Below, in pieces: positions 26,950 through 41,385 of a DNA stretch of 64,000 bases; within the stretch, counting starts at the first letter, position 1; each line of letters begins with the position of its first letter. This DNA comes from Octopus sinensis. Its lineage: Eukaryota. Made by a program: the position numbers and the translations under genes. The stretch covers positions 26,102,001 to 26,166,000 of the forward strand of contig NC_043017.1 in assembly GCF_006345805.1 (NCBI RefSeq). Direction: 5' to 3'. Under the pieces are notes generated by a model. That model worked only from the letters and a program-made list of their open reading frames with translations. It ran no database searches and was not told where the DNA came from.

Positions 26950-27396
26950 TATAAACGTCACATTAGGAAACTCTAGCTACAAACCGGTATATTGTAAACA
27001 GAGAAAAATATTGTTACAAAAGTTAGTTCTATGATCCGCACCTTTCATCTTAATTGAATTCAGATTGACATCGTATATTCATATGTTGATAATTTATTTT
27101 CTTAGTTGTCATCACTACCAATCACTCTCTCTCTCTCTCTCACGCGTGTTTGCCTATATTGGCTTGCTTTCCTTTTGGCATATGAATGCGAAATATATGC
27201 TGAGTATTATGTAACACATATAGAGTCCCCAAATTTTTGAATATCATTGAGGTAACCGGGACAGTGGCAGAAATTTAGGGAGTAAAATTTGAAAAAGCTT
27301 TTTCTGAATCTCAGAGCAGAAAATTAATCAAATAAATACCTTCAAAAATGCCAATCGTATGGAATGGAAATTCTTCAAATCAAAGTATGAACAAAT

Positions 27397-27770
27397 GCAG
27401 TATCGCCGGCGTTGCTCAGGTTTGTAAGGGAATAACTATAAAGCATTTTAGAGATTATAGCCAAAAATAGCCAAAAAATGGAAAAAAAATGATGGTAAAT
27501 TTTTTTTTGAGAGTATAAAAGGTTGAGTTGCGTCCCCTAGACAGTCTGTGGTTTGTTTTTTTTTATTCTCGACCCCATGTCGAATTTATCGTTTTTTTCA
27601 GACTGGGGAACTTTTCAAAATTTTCGCTGCGTTATTTTGAATTATGACATTGGGCTATGTGTGTGTCAAGTTTCATCAAATCGGTTGAAAGCCGTGGTCA
27701 GGGTGAGGGACGAGAAAACAGACACACAGAAAACACGCACAGGACAAACTGCCGTTTATATAGAGAGAGA
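27397..27770 (+). mobile_element. Non-autonomous Helitron-like element, subfamily 1
   Basis: Highly similar to 60716-61081 and 62905-63266. Confidence 0.8.
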
Positions 27771-27835
27771 TATGAAGCATGGTGGATATCAGCTGTTGCA
27801 AATTTACAAATATTCGTGAGCGAAGATTTTTGCTA

Positions 27836-28040
27836 TGGGTACAGGTGTAGCAACGTGTTTTGAAATTTGCTTCCAAAGTAACTGGTTTCGGTTTCAGTCC
27901 CCTTACACAGCATCCTTGGCAAGTGTGTTCCGCGATAGTCTCAGGCTGACCAGAAGCTTGGGAGTTCAGTAAAGGGAACCTGAGATAGGTCTGTCGTACA
28001 CAAACACGCACACACACACACATACACACACACATACACA
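27836..28040 (+). mobile_element. Degenerate SINE family B
   Basis: ggtttcagtcccc...ccttggcaagtgtgttc... Confidence 0.65.
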
Positions 28041-28819
28041 CACGTATATGCCTCTCTATGCATTATCGTCGATAATACATTTTCTAATGCTGGAGCGTTA
28101 AATTAAATTATCCCTCAAAGCTATTTACAAGTCTTTTTCCCAATTGAGTGAATGATTACCCCGTGTGTTAGTAAAACCCAACTAAGTTACTATCTCTCCT
28201 TAAGGCACTCCTCAGTTTATTTTTTCTTTCCCATCATAACAACTATTTCGCGTACATAACACTGCAAAAAAACTTTTGTTGGAATAAATGTTCCATATTG
28301 AAGCTTTACTTTTCATAATACTTGTACGATGGAGACATTTCATTCGACTTACTAACATTTACGATAATGAATTCATAAATACACATCTTGGTACTGATTT
28401 GGATAACTTTTGTCGCTCGATACATTTAAATAGATTCAATAAGTTATTGCCTTATTTTGGAGTATGTGACAGTATTATTTTTCTGCATTTTATAAATAGC
28501 ATTTTTGGTATTTTAGTGTATGTGAAAAGCGTCATTTTGTGCAGTTTAGGTCTTATCGTTTTTGGGCGTTTCGGGGAATTCTCGTATGTCTGTCTTTATA
28601 TCTGTAGTTGATGTGGTGCTAGAAAAATAAATAAAATGAAATCAACGTTCTCTGAAAAATTACATAAAAACGGATTTCCTATCATACACGAGGAACATTT
28701 CAATTCGCAAGACAAGCCGCCACTTGCGTTGAACATTTCATTTTATTTAGAACATACATTTCTTAAGAGGACAAGGTGTAAACGCTATATATAATGCCGG
28801 CAGTTTAATAACATCAATG

Positions 28820-28851
28820 GCACAACAACAACAACATCATCAACAACGACT

Positions 28852-28882
<31 letters not shown>

Positions 28883-29086
28883 CACTACCAACACTACTAC
28901 TACCTCCACCACCACCGCCACCACCAACACCACCACCAACACTACAACTACTACTACTACTACAACTACTACTACTACGACTACTACTACTACTACTATG
29001 ACTACTACTATTACTACTACTACTAATACTACTACGACTACTAGTACTACGACTACTACTACTACAACAATACTATTACTACTACT

Positions 29087-29121
<35 letters not shown>

Positions 29122-29122
29122 T

Positions 29123-29158
<36 letters not shown>

Positions 29159-29175
29159 AACTACTACTACTACAA
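28820..29175. repeat. (CAA)n/(CTA)n/(CCA)n compound microsatellite
   Basis: Direct reading. Confidence 0.95.
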
Positions 29176-29485
29176 ATCATAACAATACCATAGACTAAAA
29201 GCGGAACGTTTGATATTTCGTGAGAGGGAGGTTGTCTAATACATCAATAGCAGTTCACAACTCTATATCTTATCGACCTCGAAAAGAAGAAAGTCCAAAC
29301 CGAACTGGGTGGAGTTAAACTTGTATTGTAATGTTTGAAATGACGCTCAGCCTTTGGGCGAGAACACTAACAATTTTACCATCCCACAGAAACGATAAAA
29401 AGGAAAGGCCGTCGGCAGAATATTAACTGGGCTTCTTATATTTTAACCCAGTGTCACATTAATGGCATTAACGGTTCTCGCACTC

Positions 29486-29548
<63 letters not shown>

Positions 29549-29734
29549 TATGATAATAATAATAACGATAATAATAATTATTATAAGAAGAATAAGAATA
29601 AGAATAAGAACAACAACAACGATGATAATAATCATAATAATAATAATTATAATTATAATTATAATTACAATTATAATAATAACAGTGAAAAGTAGACAGG
29701 TATGACAGGTTAATTAGTAATGCAGTTGTTGTTG

Positions 29735-29957
29735 ATAAAAAAGGTGGTAGTGGTATCAGTAATGGTCGTTGCCCTGGGAAGAGTAGTTAAAAATCTTGAG
29801 AAGCACATGGAAAAATAGGGGCTGCAATAAGGGTGGATCACTTTCCGAAAACAGCACTGCTTGGAACCGCTCGAATAATCCAGATGGTGGTTGAAAAATC
29901 GAAGTGGCACCTTAATTTATTAGTAGTGAACAGCTGGCACCGCAGTGCATCTCCAGC

Positions 29958-29960
<3 letters not shown>
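29735..29960 (+). pseudogene. R4/Dong-clade (restriction-like endonuclease) LINE C-terminus and 3' UTR with (AAT)n tail
   Basis: KKVVVVSVMVVALGRVVKNLEKHMEK/IGAAIRVDHFPKTALLGTARIIQMVVEK (one frameshift); resembles ...PV..GALG...QK.ALLGTA.I; followed by (AAT)n to ~30505. Confidence 0.75.
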
Positions 29961-30012
<52 letters not shown>

Positions 30013-30105
30013 TAAAGATAATGAAAAAAAATAATAATGATCATAATAAAAATAATAATAATAATAATAAATAATAATAATAATAATAATAATAATGATA
30101 ATAAA

Positions 30106-30136
<31 letters not shown>

Positions 30137-30766
30137 TAAATAACGTAATAATGTAATGATAATAATAATAATAACAATAATAATAATGGTAATAATAATA
30201 ATGATAATAATAAAAATAATAATAATAATAATGATAATAATAACAACAATAATAATAATAATGATAATAAAAATAATGATAATAATATTAATAATAATAA
30301 TAATAATAATAATGATAATAATGATAACATAATAATAATAATGATAATAAAAAAAATAACAATAATGATGTAATAGTATTAATAATGATGATAGTAAAAA
30401 TAAAAATAAAAATAATAATAATGATAATAATAATAATAATAATAATATCAATAATAATAATAAAAATAATAACAACAACAACAACAACAACAATAATAAT
30501 AATAATACTTCAGATATGGATTTAATGTCCAACAATACTGAAGGTTACACCTGGGGCACAATTTAAAAATATCACGTCAATCAACTGCTCAGCTAAAGAA
30601 AAAGGTGAAAACAAATACGATAATAACTTACGTAAGTTGAATCTCAATTAGGCAGGTGCAATCTTTTTTAAACCAATTGAAGGCCAATTCTCACGGACAT
30701 ATTTCATACCAAAAAAAGGAAGGATATCCTACTGTTGTGCTTAAACATTCTAACTATACACTACAT

Positions 30767-31019
30767 ATGTATGTATGTATGTATGTATGCATGTATGTAT
30801 GTATGTATGTATGTATGTATGTATGTAGAATGTATGTATGTATGTATGTATGTTTGTATGTATGTATGTATGTATGTATGTATGTATGCTTGTGTGTATA
30901 TATGTATGTATGTATGGATGTATCTATCCATCTATCTATCAATCTATATATCCATCCATCCATCTATCTATCTATCTGTCTATCCATATATCTATCTATC
31001 TATATGTCTATCTACCAAC

Positions 31020-31058
<39 letters not shown>

Positions 31059-31200
31059 ATTATATACCTATCTATATATCTATCTATCTCTATATCTATC
31101 TATCTATCTATCCATCTATCTATCTATCTGTCTGTCTGTTTGTCTGTCTGTCTATCTGTCTGTCTGTATATATATATCAATCTCTGTATGTATCTATATA
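30767..31200. repeat. (ATGT)n-(ATCT)n-(GTCT)n compound tetranucleotide repeat
   Basis: Direct reading. Confidence 0.95.
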
Positions 31201-31319
31201 CGTATCTATTTATAAATATGTATGAATTTATATACATATATATATATATATTTATTTATAGAAGGAGCTTGTGGTTGTCTTTCTCCCTCTCAGCTTTCTT
31301 CTGTATATTTATAACATAC

Positions 31320-31377
<58 letters not shown>

Positions 31378-31496
31378 CATATATTTATATATATGTATCT
31401 ATGTATTTATGTGTGACTATGGGTACATAGTCTATTTGTGTGTGTGTGTATATATGAGTGCGTATGTATGTGTGTGTGTGTTTCTCTGCATTTCAG

Positions 31497-31543
31497 AAAC
31501 CTCTAAACAATGGTTACAGTGAATGGAGAAGAGATTTGTGGAG
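31497..31543 (+). other. Candidate isolated 47-nt exon (KPLNNGYSEWRRDLW)
   Basis: Acceptor tttctctgcatttcag, donor gag|gtcagc, one open frame; no homology evidence. Confidence 0.2.
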
Positions 31544-31874
31544 GTCAGCAGCAGAGTATTCGCTCATAATTATATAAGAATCCGTTCAGTGGAATAATGA
31601 TGGCAATGTCAGACTCTGCTGGCACCGTATACAGGAATAATAATCGTATTCAGCTGGATTACAGATATATCATAAAGAAAAACGCGAGAATGCTACCCGA
31701 ACTAGGAAATTGAATCAATTATAAATACACATATTACATATGCGTACATACATGTATACGTACATACATACATACATACATACATACATGCATATATATA
31801 TTCAAGCATACATACAAAACACACCACGACACATACACGGACATCTAATATATATATATGCCTATATTTATATA

Positions 31875-31957
<83 letters not shown>

Positions 31958-32072
31958 ATATTATATATATATATACGTACAAATATATACACAGACATAC
32001 AAAATATGCAAATCACAGGTTCACACATATAAATTTGTGTGAATATACATATATATATATATATATATATGC

Positions 32073-32111
<39 letters not shown>

Positions 32112-32112
32112 C

Positions 32113-32143
<31 letters not shown>

Positions 32144-32994
32144 TATATATATATACCTATGTATAATAATATAAATATATACACACAAATATATATATGC
32201 ATGAATGTATATGTATATATATATTACATATATATATATACTCACACATATCTATCTATATATACATATATAAATATACACCCTGTCTCTTAGCATCTCT
32301 CTCTCTCACACACATATATGTGTCTGCGTGCGTGTGTGTTTGTGCGTATCTACCTGTACGTATATGGAGTCGCATATACATGTGCTTGTTTGGAGGTAAA
32401 TAATTCACATCAGATATTTTTCTTCTTTATGCGTTACTATATTTTCCCCTCTTCATAATTCTTCTCTTGCATACGTTTGCTTTTCCCCTTCTTTCCAAGA
32501 ACGACCAGCAATCTTTCGGAAAATAAAAAAAAAGAATATCTAATTTCATATTCCTAACAAGTACAAATTGTTGAGTATTCTTTTCGCTATATATATTCCG
32601 CTTTTTAGAGATTACATTCGCAGCCAATAACCGAAGCACTGTGTGAGCAAACATATTCTTTAAACTTATTTCTGACAAGCCAATACGCGACTGGTTTCCG
32701 TCAGGAACGTATACAGAATACTAATGCTTGGCAATTGGATTTATCAATAGTGGAGAGAATTCATCATCTTTATACATAAACACAAATAATATACTCGTAC
32801 ATGTACATATTACCTGAGAATTCTATGATATATATACACACATGCAGTTAGCGAAATACATATGCGTAGACGTACACACATAGAATAGTATATACCATAT
32901 ATGTTTATGTATATATATATATATATATTATATATATATATAATATATATATAGATATATATATATATTATGTGTGTGTGTGGTGTGTGTGTGG

Positions 32995-33025
<31 letters not shown>

Positions 33026-33268
33026 TGGTGTGTGTTTGAAAAGGGAGTGTCAGACGAGTGTAGTGTGGTACTAAGAAAAGAGTTTGACAAGGAACTAAAG
33101 GAATGACTTATAAACTACGTTAGCTTATAGCTGGTTCTTCTTTCTGCAACATACGTATCTTGTGTTCTACACCAAGTCATTAGTCCCGTAATGCCTAAGC
33201 AACATATATATATATATATATATATACATTGCTTAAGCATGACATATATATACATATATATATATATA

Positions 33269-33309
<41 letters not shown>

Positions 33310-33566
33310 TACCAACTGAAAATAAGTGTGTCTGAGAGACACCACCATGCCGAAATATCAGTCAAATCCCTGACTCTAAGAAACCCCTTAAATGTTCATA
33401 TCGCACCATGAGATAAGACAACACGGACAAACTCTCAAACACCCTATTTTAGTTGAAAAAAATTATTACCTTTGTGTGGTATTTTTACCATGGTGGCCAC
33501 TTGATAAAAGCGATATTATCCTTATTATGAATGTATATATATGTATATATATGTAATGCTTAAGCA

Positions 33567-33603
<37 letters not shown>

Positions 33604-33639
33604 ATATGTATATAAAAATTTATATATATATATCGATAA

Positions 33640-33812
33640 AGAGATCTCGATATTATGTAAATAGAGGAATTTATCTGTAATATGTGACAATTATTCAGTA
33701 GCCATGGTAAAACTCCGAGTCTCGGATGTCGAGGTGGATTTTTTTCCGATGGCCGGATAACTGAAGAGATGTCAGCGTGAATTTCCACATCGGCATCCGA
33801 AATTTTGGAGGA
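33640..33812. mobile_element. Two inverted partial copies of the 9086-9240 family
   Basis: 33640-33750 matches the reverse complement of ~9118-9215; 33757-33812 matches ~9086-9145. Confidence 0.7.
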
Positions 33813-33814
33813 GC

Positions 33815-33990
33815 GGGGCAGTCGATTAGATGGACACCAGTACGCATCTGGTACTTAATTTATCCACCCCGAAAGAATGAGAGGCAAAGTCGACCTCGGC
33901 GCGTTTTCAACTCAGAACGTAACGTCAGGTGAAATACCGCTAAACATTCTGCCCGACGTACTAAAGTTTCTGCCATCACGGCGCCTTATG
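33815..33990 (-). mobile_element. SINE family A copy
   Basis: Core motif match. Confidence 0.8.
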
Positions 33991-34179
33991 TGTCAATTCT
34001 GTGGTAATTTAGAGGTTCGACAGTGTGCGGTTATTCACTAATGGCAAGTGGCGAATAAGCGTAAGTGCGTGCATCTGTCAGACTGCATCACACAAAAAGA
34101 TACCAATTCTTCCGCAAAACTCTTGTAAGTTCCTTGGAATATATTCTTTTATTTCTTACAATCATGTAACTACCGCCAA

Positions 34180-34460
34180 GCTGGAACACCTCTTTTAGTC
34201 GAACTGCTAAGTTACGTGGACGTAAACCCACCAACACCGTTTGTCAAGTGATGGTGGGAGGACACACTGACACAAATAAAAAATACATACATATAAATAT
34301 ACATATAAATATACGACGGGTTTCTTTCAGTTTCCGTCTATTAAATCCATTCACAAGGCTTTGGTCGGTCCGAGACTATAGCAGAAGACATTTACCCAAG
34401 GTGCTACGCAGTGGGACTGAACCCGGAACCAGGTGGTCGGGAAGCAAGCTTCTTACAACA
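34180..34460 (-). mobile_element. SINE family B copy
   Basis: cagtttccgtc...cccaaggtgctacgcagtgggactgaacccggaacc. Confidence 0.8.
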
Positions 34461-35468
34461 TATATATTAAAATATATTGATTTTCTCCTTTGAAATTTTA
34501 TTATGTCTTCCGTTCTATGTCAGAGTATCAGAACGATTATGCCTTCAAGTAATGTGTAGTAACCTCTTCGGATTTGCCTTTCTTCAACGTTCAGCAATAC
34601 AAAGTATTTGCTTATGCTTCTGTGCTGTAAGTGTAGTATATTTGTTGCTTTGATCCGAAACATTGATGAACCGTTGTTATATCGTCTCTAGATTTTGAGG
34701 CGCAAATTATCCCTGTCTCTTGATGTTTGAAGTCGGAGTTCGATATAAGTAACACTCGATGTGGCTGCATCGAACCAACATCATAGTAATATTTGGAGAC
34801 ATATTAGATTTCAAATTCCGCGTAGGTGAATTTTACATTTCATCATTTGAGGTCGATAAAAGAAGGACCATTTGAACACTGGTGCCGATGTAATCGACCT
34901 ACCCACTGTCCTGACATTGCTGGCCTTGTGCCAGGGTTTGAAACCAATATTTGACACATAGCTTAGCTAAATGACACCAGGTTAGATTTCTTTTGTCCAC
35001 AATTGTGAACAGACTGGTTCTTTTGGTACCAAATATCGATGGAGTGTATTTCTTTTAGGCTATCGTGACAATCACTTATTTACAATGTTCGTTAAGTTCA
35101 CCAGCAAAAAAAAAAAAATAATAAATAAAAAAAACTAGCAAACCAAGAAGAAAATTAAATACATCAGTTTTTCGCAGCTTCAGTTTCTATAGTAATTACA
35201 ATTCCGAAAATAGATATAAATCATATGAGAAGAGTTCATTTAACACATTCATACAGAAAGAAACTTTTCTCACTTCGTTGTTAGAGTAAAATTTGCAACA
35301 ACAGAGTGTTGGGGGAAAATATACCCAAATGACTGTGCAGAGAAAAGATTTGCTATTCACGCTGCACCTAACATAATAATAACTGAAACCGGCGGATGCT
35401 GCAAGTGCAGAAAAAAAGACCTCATGCAGTAACATCTACTGACGTATTCGGAATCAACGCATTATATA

Positions 35469-35862
35469 TCTTTATATATAAAAGTGAGGTTGTGTGCTGT
35501 CTGTCTCCTACGATTTAGATTCCTAACTACTCCCACATTTTGCGGTGCAGTTTAACCAAAACCGGGTATCTTATAGTCGTGATTCATATCGAGCCCTTCT
35601 GGGTATTAGCGCGCGTCTACGATAAGTCTACGATAAAAAAAAATTACCATCAATTTTTCCCATTTTTAATGCATTTTTGGCATATATAAGGGAAGTAACT
35701 CTCTAAAAATGTATTATGAAATCTCAGAACGTAAAAAGCTACAGTAACACCCACCCCTTTCTGGTTAGCCATACTGAGATGGCTATTATACTTTACATCA
35801 CTAAAAATGCTTATATAGTTATTTCCCTTACAAACCCGAGCAACGCCGGGCGATACTGCTAG
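35469..35862 (-). mobile_element. Non-autonomous Helitron-like element, subfamily 2
   Basis: Reverse-complement match to 14249-14759 with conserved ends. Confidence 0.75.
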
Positions 35863-36149
35863 TATATATATATTTCGTTTTGGGATTTGGTTTGCAAGAT
35901 TCTTTATGCGAGTTCGTGTGTTGAAGCATATTCCGTTACGTCTGGGGAGAGTCATTTTCTTTTTGTGCCTTATAATTTAACACACCGTTAAAATTTCCAT
36001 TTATTCCTTATTTTTTATTTTCCTAAAATTTTTGCATTTTGCAACTTTTCAATATATATGTATACACACACACATACACACTTTCTCTCTCTCTCTCTCT
36101 CTCTTACTTTCTAACCATATAATATAGATCTATATATGTATTTATATTC

Positions 36150-36363
36150 ATTACTTGTATTCTTTCAGGCATTTGACTGCGGCCATCTGGAACACCGCCT
36201 TTATTCGAGCAACTCGACCCCGGGACTTATTCTTTGTAGCCCATACTTATTCTATCGTCTCTTTTGCCGAACCGCTAGGTGACGGGGACGTAAACACACC
36301 AGCATCGGTTGTCAAGCAATGCTAGGGGGACAAACACAGACACACAACTCACACACACACACA

Positions 36364-36418
<55 letters not shown>

Positions 36419-36575
36419 CGACAGGCTTCTTTCAGTTTCCGTCTACCAAATCCACTCACAATGCATTGGTTGGCCCGGGGCTATAGCGGAAGACACTTGC
36501 TCAAGATGCCACGCAGTGGGACTGAACCCGGAACCATGTGGTTGGTTAGCAAGCTACTTACCACACAGTCGCTCA
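36150..36575 (-). mobile_element. Near full-length SINE family B (tRNA-like head, internal CA/AT microsatellite)
   Basis: Head ...ctgtgtggtaagtagcttgctaaccaaccacatggttccgggttcagtcccac. Confidence 0.9.
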
Positions 36576-37121
36576 TACACTATTAACGTTTTAAAATCAC
36601 TAGACTTCTTGACTGATGACGGGACAATATTCGTTGAGATGGGGAAGATATTGTGTTGAAAAAGCATTTGCTTAAAAGAGAAATGATGTAATGGAACAAC
36701 AATATTTTCAATATTAGTTGCTGTAAAAATGTGTCTTGCTATGGCTGTGTCGTAGAAATCTGCAAATTCGTCATCCTACAACAATTCTTCTGCAGTAAAT
36801 TGTCGCATGTGACCAAATGGCTGCGTATCTGATATATGCTTCAGAGATAAGTAATTTCTATCACCAATAATTTTACTGCACTACATTACCTGGTCGAGAG
36901 ACTTAGATATAATCTATTCATGTCGCTGGAAATAAGCAAATGCAAATGAGTAGACAGATCACTGGGATATTGGAAGAAAAACATGTAACTTGCATTGGAA
37001 CATTAAAATTACGTAATAGGAAAAGTAGTTTCATATCCGAATATAGTGGTATTCATTACTTTCTTCTTTTTTTTTTGAGTGCTCTTTATTTTAGAGTCTT
37101 TTCTTTTAAACTAGCCAAATA

Positions 37122-38092
37122 GGATCTTTTCGGTTTGAACGGCAGTCTTTTCTAGCGGTGTCATGAAATTGTCACCCATAATTATGACCCTGTGGAGGCG
37201 CAATGGCCTAGTGGTTAGGGCAGCGGACTCGCGGTCGCAGGATCGCGGTTTCGATTCCCAGACCGGGCGTTGTGTGTGTTTATTGAGCGAAAACACGTAA
37301 AAGCTCCACGAGGCTCCAGCAGGGGGTGGTGATCCCTGCTGTACTCTTTCACCACTCTTTCTCCCACTCTTTCTTCTGTTGGCCTGCTCGCTTAGCCAGC
37401 GGGGTGGCGTCATTCGAAGGCTAAAACAATGCGAACGCAATGTGACCAGCGATGTGTAACAACATCTGATGGTCTGGTAGGTCACGTGATCACGTAAATT
37501 ATGACCCTAGTATCGATCTATTGCATTTCAATCTGTTTTAGGGTTAGAGTTAGTTAGGGTTTGGGTTAGGTGTGGGGGGAAGGGTATATTCTTTTCTTCA
37601 CAAATGTAAATCAACCCAATCTGTTTCTTAAACGTGGGACATATTTATACGGCACAGAATGTTTTTTTACCTCAATAGAAGTCATTGATTGGTTCAAACT
37701 GCAGAAATTGAAGAAAAAACAACAAAAACATCAGACAAACTACAGAATTTTCTCTATATATCCAAGAGAAAAAATATGTTTTATAACACATACTACGAGT
37801 ATACGAAGTTTCAAATTTTTTAGTTACCTAGAAATTATGTTAAAAACTGCCGTTCAAATCGAGAAGATACGGCACAGACTGTTTTTTACCTCAATATAAG
37901 TCATTGATTGGTTCAAATTGCAGAAATTGAAGAAAAAACAACAAAAACATCAGACAAACTACAGAATTTTCTCTATATATCCAAGAGAAAAAATATGTTT
38001 TATAAACACATTCTACCAGTATACGAAGTTTAAAAGTATTTAATTATATGGAAATTAATTTTAAAAAACTGCCGTTCAAACCGAAAAGATCC
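37122..38092. mobile_element. Non-autonomous DNA transposon (MITE) with perfect 25-bp TIRs, duplicated right portion and nested SINE
   Basis: ggatcttttcggtttgaacggcagt (37122-37146) and actgccgttcaaaccgaaaagatcc (38068-38092); degenerate internal TIR copy at ~37846-37870. Confidence 0.85.
37192..37496 (+). mobile_element. tRNA-derived SINE (OR-like head, tcacgtga tail) nested in the MITE
   Basis: 12-bp TSD aattatgaccct at 37180-37191 and 37497-37508; its 3' part recurs at 38606-38723. Confidence 0.9.
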
Positions 38093-38566
38093 GCAAATAT
38101 TATCGCCATCATCCTTTATTGTTTTTGAGCAATAAAATGTGTAAGAAGCCGTCGAATCCTGCCCCGCCCTGACCACGTATTCTGACATCACAATAGTCCG
38201 ACTAACCCCTACTTAAATCAATGTAAGACCTACTTAAATGCAGTGAGTTATTTTAATGTACGTCATAACCTAAAGTTCGTTGTATTTAATGTCTCTGAGT
38301 TCTCATCGAATGTTGATAAAAGGAAATGTATGATTCTAATTGATGCAGTCAACAGCATTGCGTTCAATCTCGCTGCTGCTATTTTCACGTCTTCGCCATT
38401 ACGACTCTCAATTGGCGGCTGATGGCTGCTGATAGATGCACACAAATAAGCTATCACCTCTCTCCTGCACTCTCTCTCTCTCTTTCTTTCTCTCTTTCTC
38501 TCTCTCTTAGTGTCTGTCTGATTCTCTGTATATAAATCTATAACTACCTCTCTATCTCTTTGTGTG

Positions 38567-38608
<42 letters not shown>

Positions 38609-38745
38609 CCTGCTCGCTTAGCCAGCAGGGTGGCGTCATTCGAAGGCTAAAACAATGCGAACGCATTGTGACCAGCGATGTTTAACAACATCTGATGGTC
38701 TGGTCGGTCACGTGATCACGTGATATTATATATATATATATATAT

Positions 38746-38784
<39 letters not shown>

Positions 38785-39292
38785 TGTCTGTCTGTGTGTA
38801 AGTGTGTCTTTGTGTGTGTGTGTCTATGTGCGTGCCTGTGTGAGTGTGTTATGCGTGCACGAAAATGAATGTAAAGCGTTGCTACTGCTTCATTTCAAAC
38901 AAGATTCCGTTGAATCAGTGCTTTATTAAAAAATTAAGCTGCAGAGATGACTAAAACTGATGTGACAATGCTTGCTAAAAATATTTCTTCTATGCTAGAA
39001 AATAGACGTTTGTAAGTCACGGCTGCGATTAATAGAATTTCGAAGACTATTGTTGATTTAAAATGCATTGAGTTAAAATGTTTTTCATCATTTCTTTTGA
39101 TCGCCGACATATATATTCCTTCAAAGCAAACTACGGTACATTTCCAGTTACATATATATTCAAAATTGATATATTAAAACTCTATAAAACGGCACGCAAT
39201 TTAAACAATAGTTGCAGCACAAACCAAGCTACATGTATGTATATACATACATATATATATAATATATAATATATATATATATTATATATATA

Positions 39293-39337
<45 letters not shown>

Positions 39338-39338
39338 G

Positions 39339-39383
<45 letters not shown>

Positions 39384-39653
39384 ATGTACACGCGTGTGCG
39401 TGTGTAAATGTACTAAGGAAAGGCTGTCGCATATTCTAACTTATTTTTGTTTGGTAACCAATCAAACCTGCATATTATGCTGAGTGATCGTATATCGATA
39501 TAGGTACGACGTATTATCATGCCTCTTCTTTATACAATAGTTTGAACAATTACTGATATGAATAACATTGATGGATTCAAGAAGTCTCAACTTTAAATCA
39601 GGTTTTATGTCTGTATATCTATCTATCTATCTCTCCATCTATATACAATATAT

Positions 39654-39703
<50 letters not shown>

Positions 39704-39724
39704 ATTATATAATATATATACACT

Positions 39725-39765
<41 letters not shown>

Positions 39766-40637
39766 GAGTCTAAATACAAAAATGTTTTATGAATAACATG
39801 CATGATTTCATATATTTATGTGTGTGTGTGTTTCTGTGTGTATATAAATGTACACATATACATATGTGTTTATATGTATATATATACACACATATATATA
39901 TATGCACACACAAATATCACGAGCTCAGAAACGTACACCTTTGTGTCTGTGTATGCGGATGTCTGGAAAGGATTGTATGCGTTGAAGTGTACCGTGTGCG
40001 CATGTATAAATGGATGGGTGTTCTTACTAATTCGTGAAAATGTTATTTCATTTAAATCTCTATTATTTAATTGAATATCGATTTCTCTACAACAATGGCG
40101 AACATTTTCTCCTCTCGGTTTGTTAATATAGCATTCACTTAGCGTTTCCGTTTGAGACACAAAGAAGAGACCAAATTAAATCTCTGTTTTACTTGTTTCC
40201 TTGTATAATTTCTTCTTCATTTCCTATATATTTTCACATTCCTACCATTTATAATGTCTTAATTAAAAATGAACTCATTAGCTTCCATGATGTTGTTGTG
40301 TGAAACATTCTACTTTTCAGCACGATCTGTATCAATAGGAAACTGCCTTTTGTTTTTACCATATTTCCAACGAATGTCATAATTTGTATTTAAATGAAAT
40401 ATACGTTCGCGTGATTTTGAAATACAAAACACACAGAGTAATATTTAGTACGTAAGCAAAGAAAATGCATTAAATATAAGTTGCTTTTAGAACAAGTTCA
40501 GATTTTCGGGTAGAAGAAACGCTTATTCCAGCAACGCCAGTGCTTGACTAGTGCACTATCTTATAGTTCCAGGATTCTTGAAGTGCACATGAGATCCGTG
40601 CGCAATTTATACTTATTCGTTAAAGAGCCGGAACGCA

Positions 40638-40831
40638 ATACCTTAAGGATGTATCTCCGCCGGTCTCTCGTACAGAACCTCAGTTTAGAGAAAGTATGTT
40701 TTATGGTAGACTCAAACCATTTAGGAGTTTTATACATACCTTAAGGCTGTATCTCCGCCGTCTTCCGTACGGAACCTCACTTTAGAGAAAGTATTTTGGA
40801 TGGTAGACTCAAACCATTTAAGGGTTTTATA
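40638..40831. repeat. 98-bp tandem duplication
   Basis: ataccttaagg...ctcaaaccattta starts at 40638 and 40736. Confidence 0.85.
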
Positions 40832-41102
40832 TTAACACCTAATACACAGATAACTGAATCACAGTTTAGTATTTTGGATCGTCTGGGCCAAGCCTCTATT
40901 TTGAGTATGCGTTCAGCTATTAAGCTATTACACCATAACACACTATTTAATAGAACATCATTAATTGTTATCCTTTTGTCAGTAAACTTGACGTTACTAA
41001 AGCTTCTCATTCACAATGGAAAGAACTGTAAACAATTTGCATTTTGTTTCGTTTTCAATGTTTTACATAAATCGCAAGAACACAATCAATATATATATGT
41101 CT

Positions 41103-41385
41103 TAAGGCGGCGAGCTGGCAGAAACGTTAGCACGTCGGACGAAATGCCTAGCCGTTACGTTCTGAGTTCAAATTCCACCAAGGTTGACTTTGACTTTCAT
41201 CCTTTCGGGGTCGATAAATTAAGTATTGGTTACGCACTGGGGTCGATATAATTGACTTAATTCGTTTGTCTGTCCTTCTTTGTCCTCTCTGTGTTTGGCC
41301 CCTTGTGGGTAGTAAAGAAATAGGAATTTTGTCTGTCTTTATGTTCTGGGTTCAAATACCACCGAGGTGGACTTTTCCGTATTGA
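41103..41385 (+). mobile_element. SINE family A copy plus a partial second copy
   Basis: aaggcggcgagctggcagaaacgttagcacg... Confidence 0.85.

Noticed and set aside
37543-37571. Interstitial telomere
   Set aside because: Short, degenerate, and internal to a TIR element.
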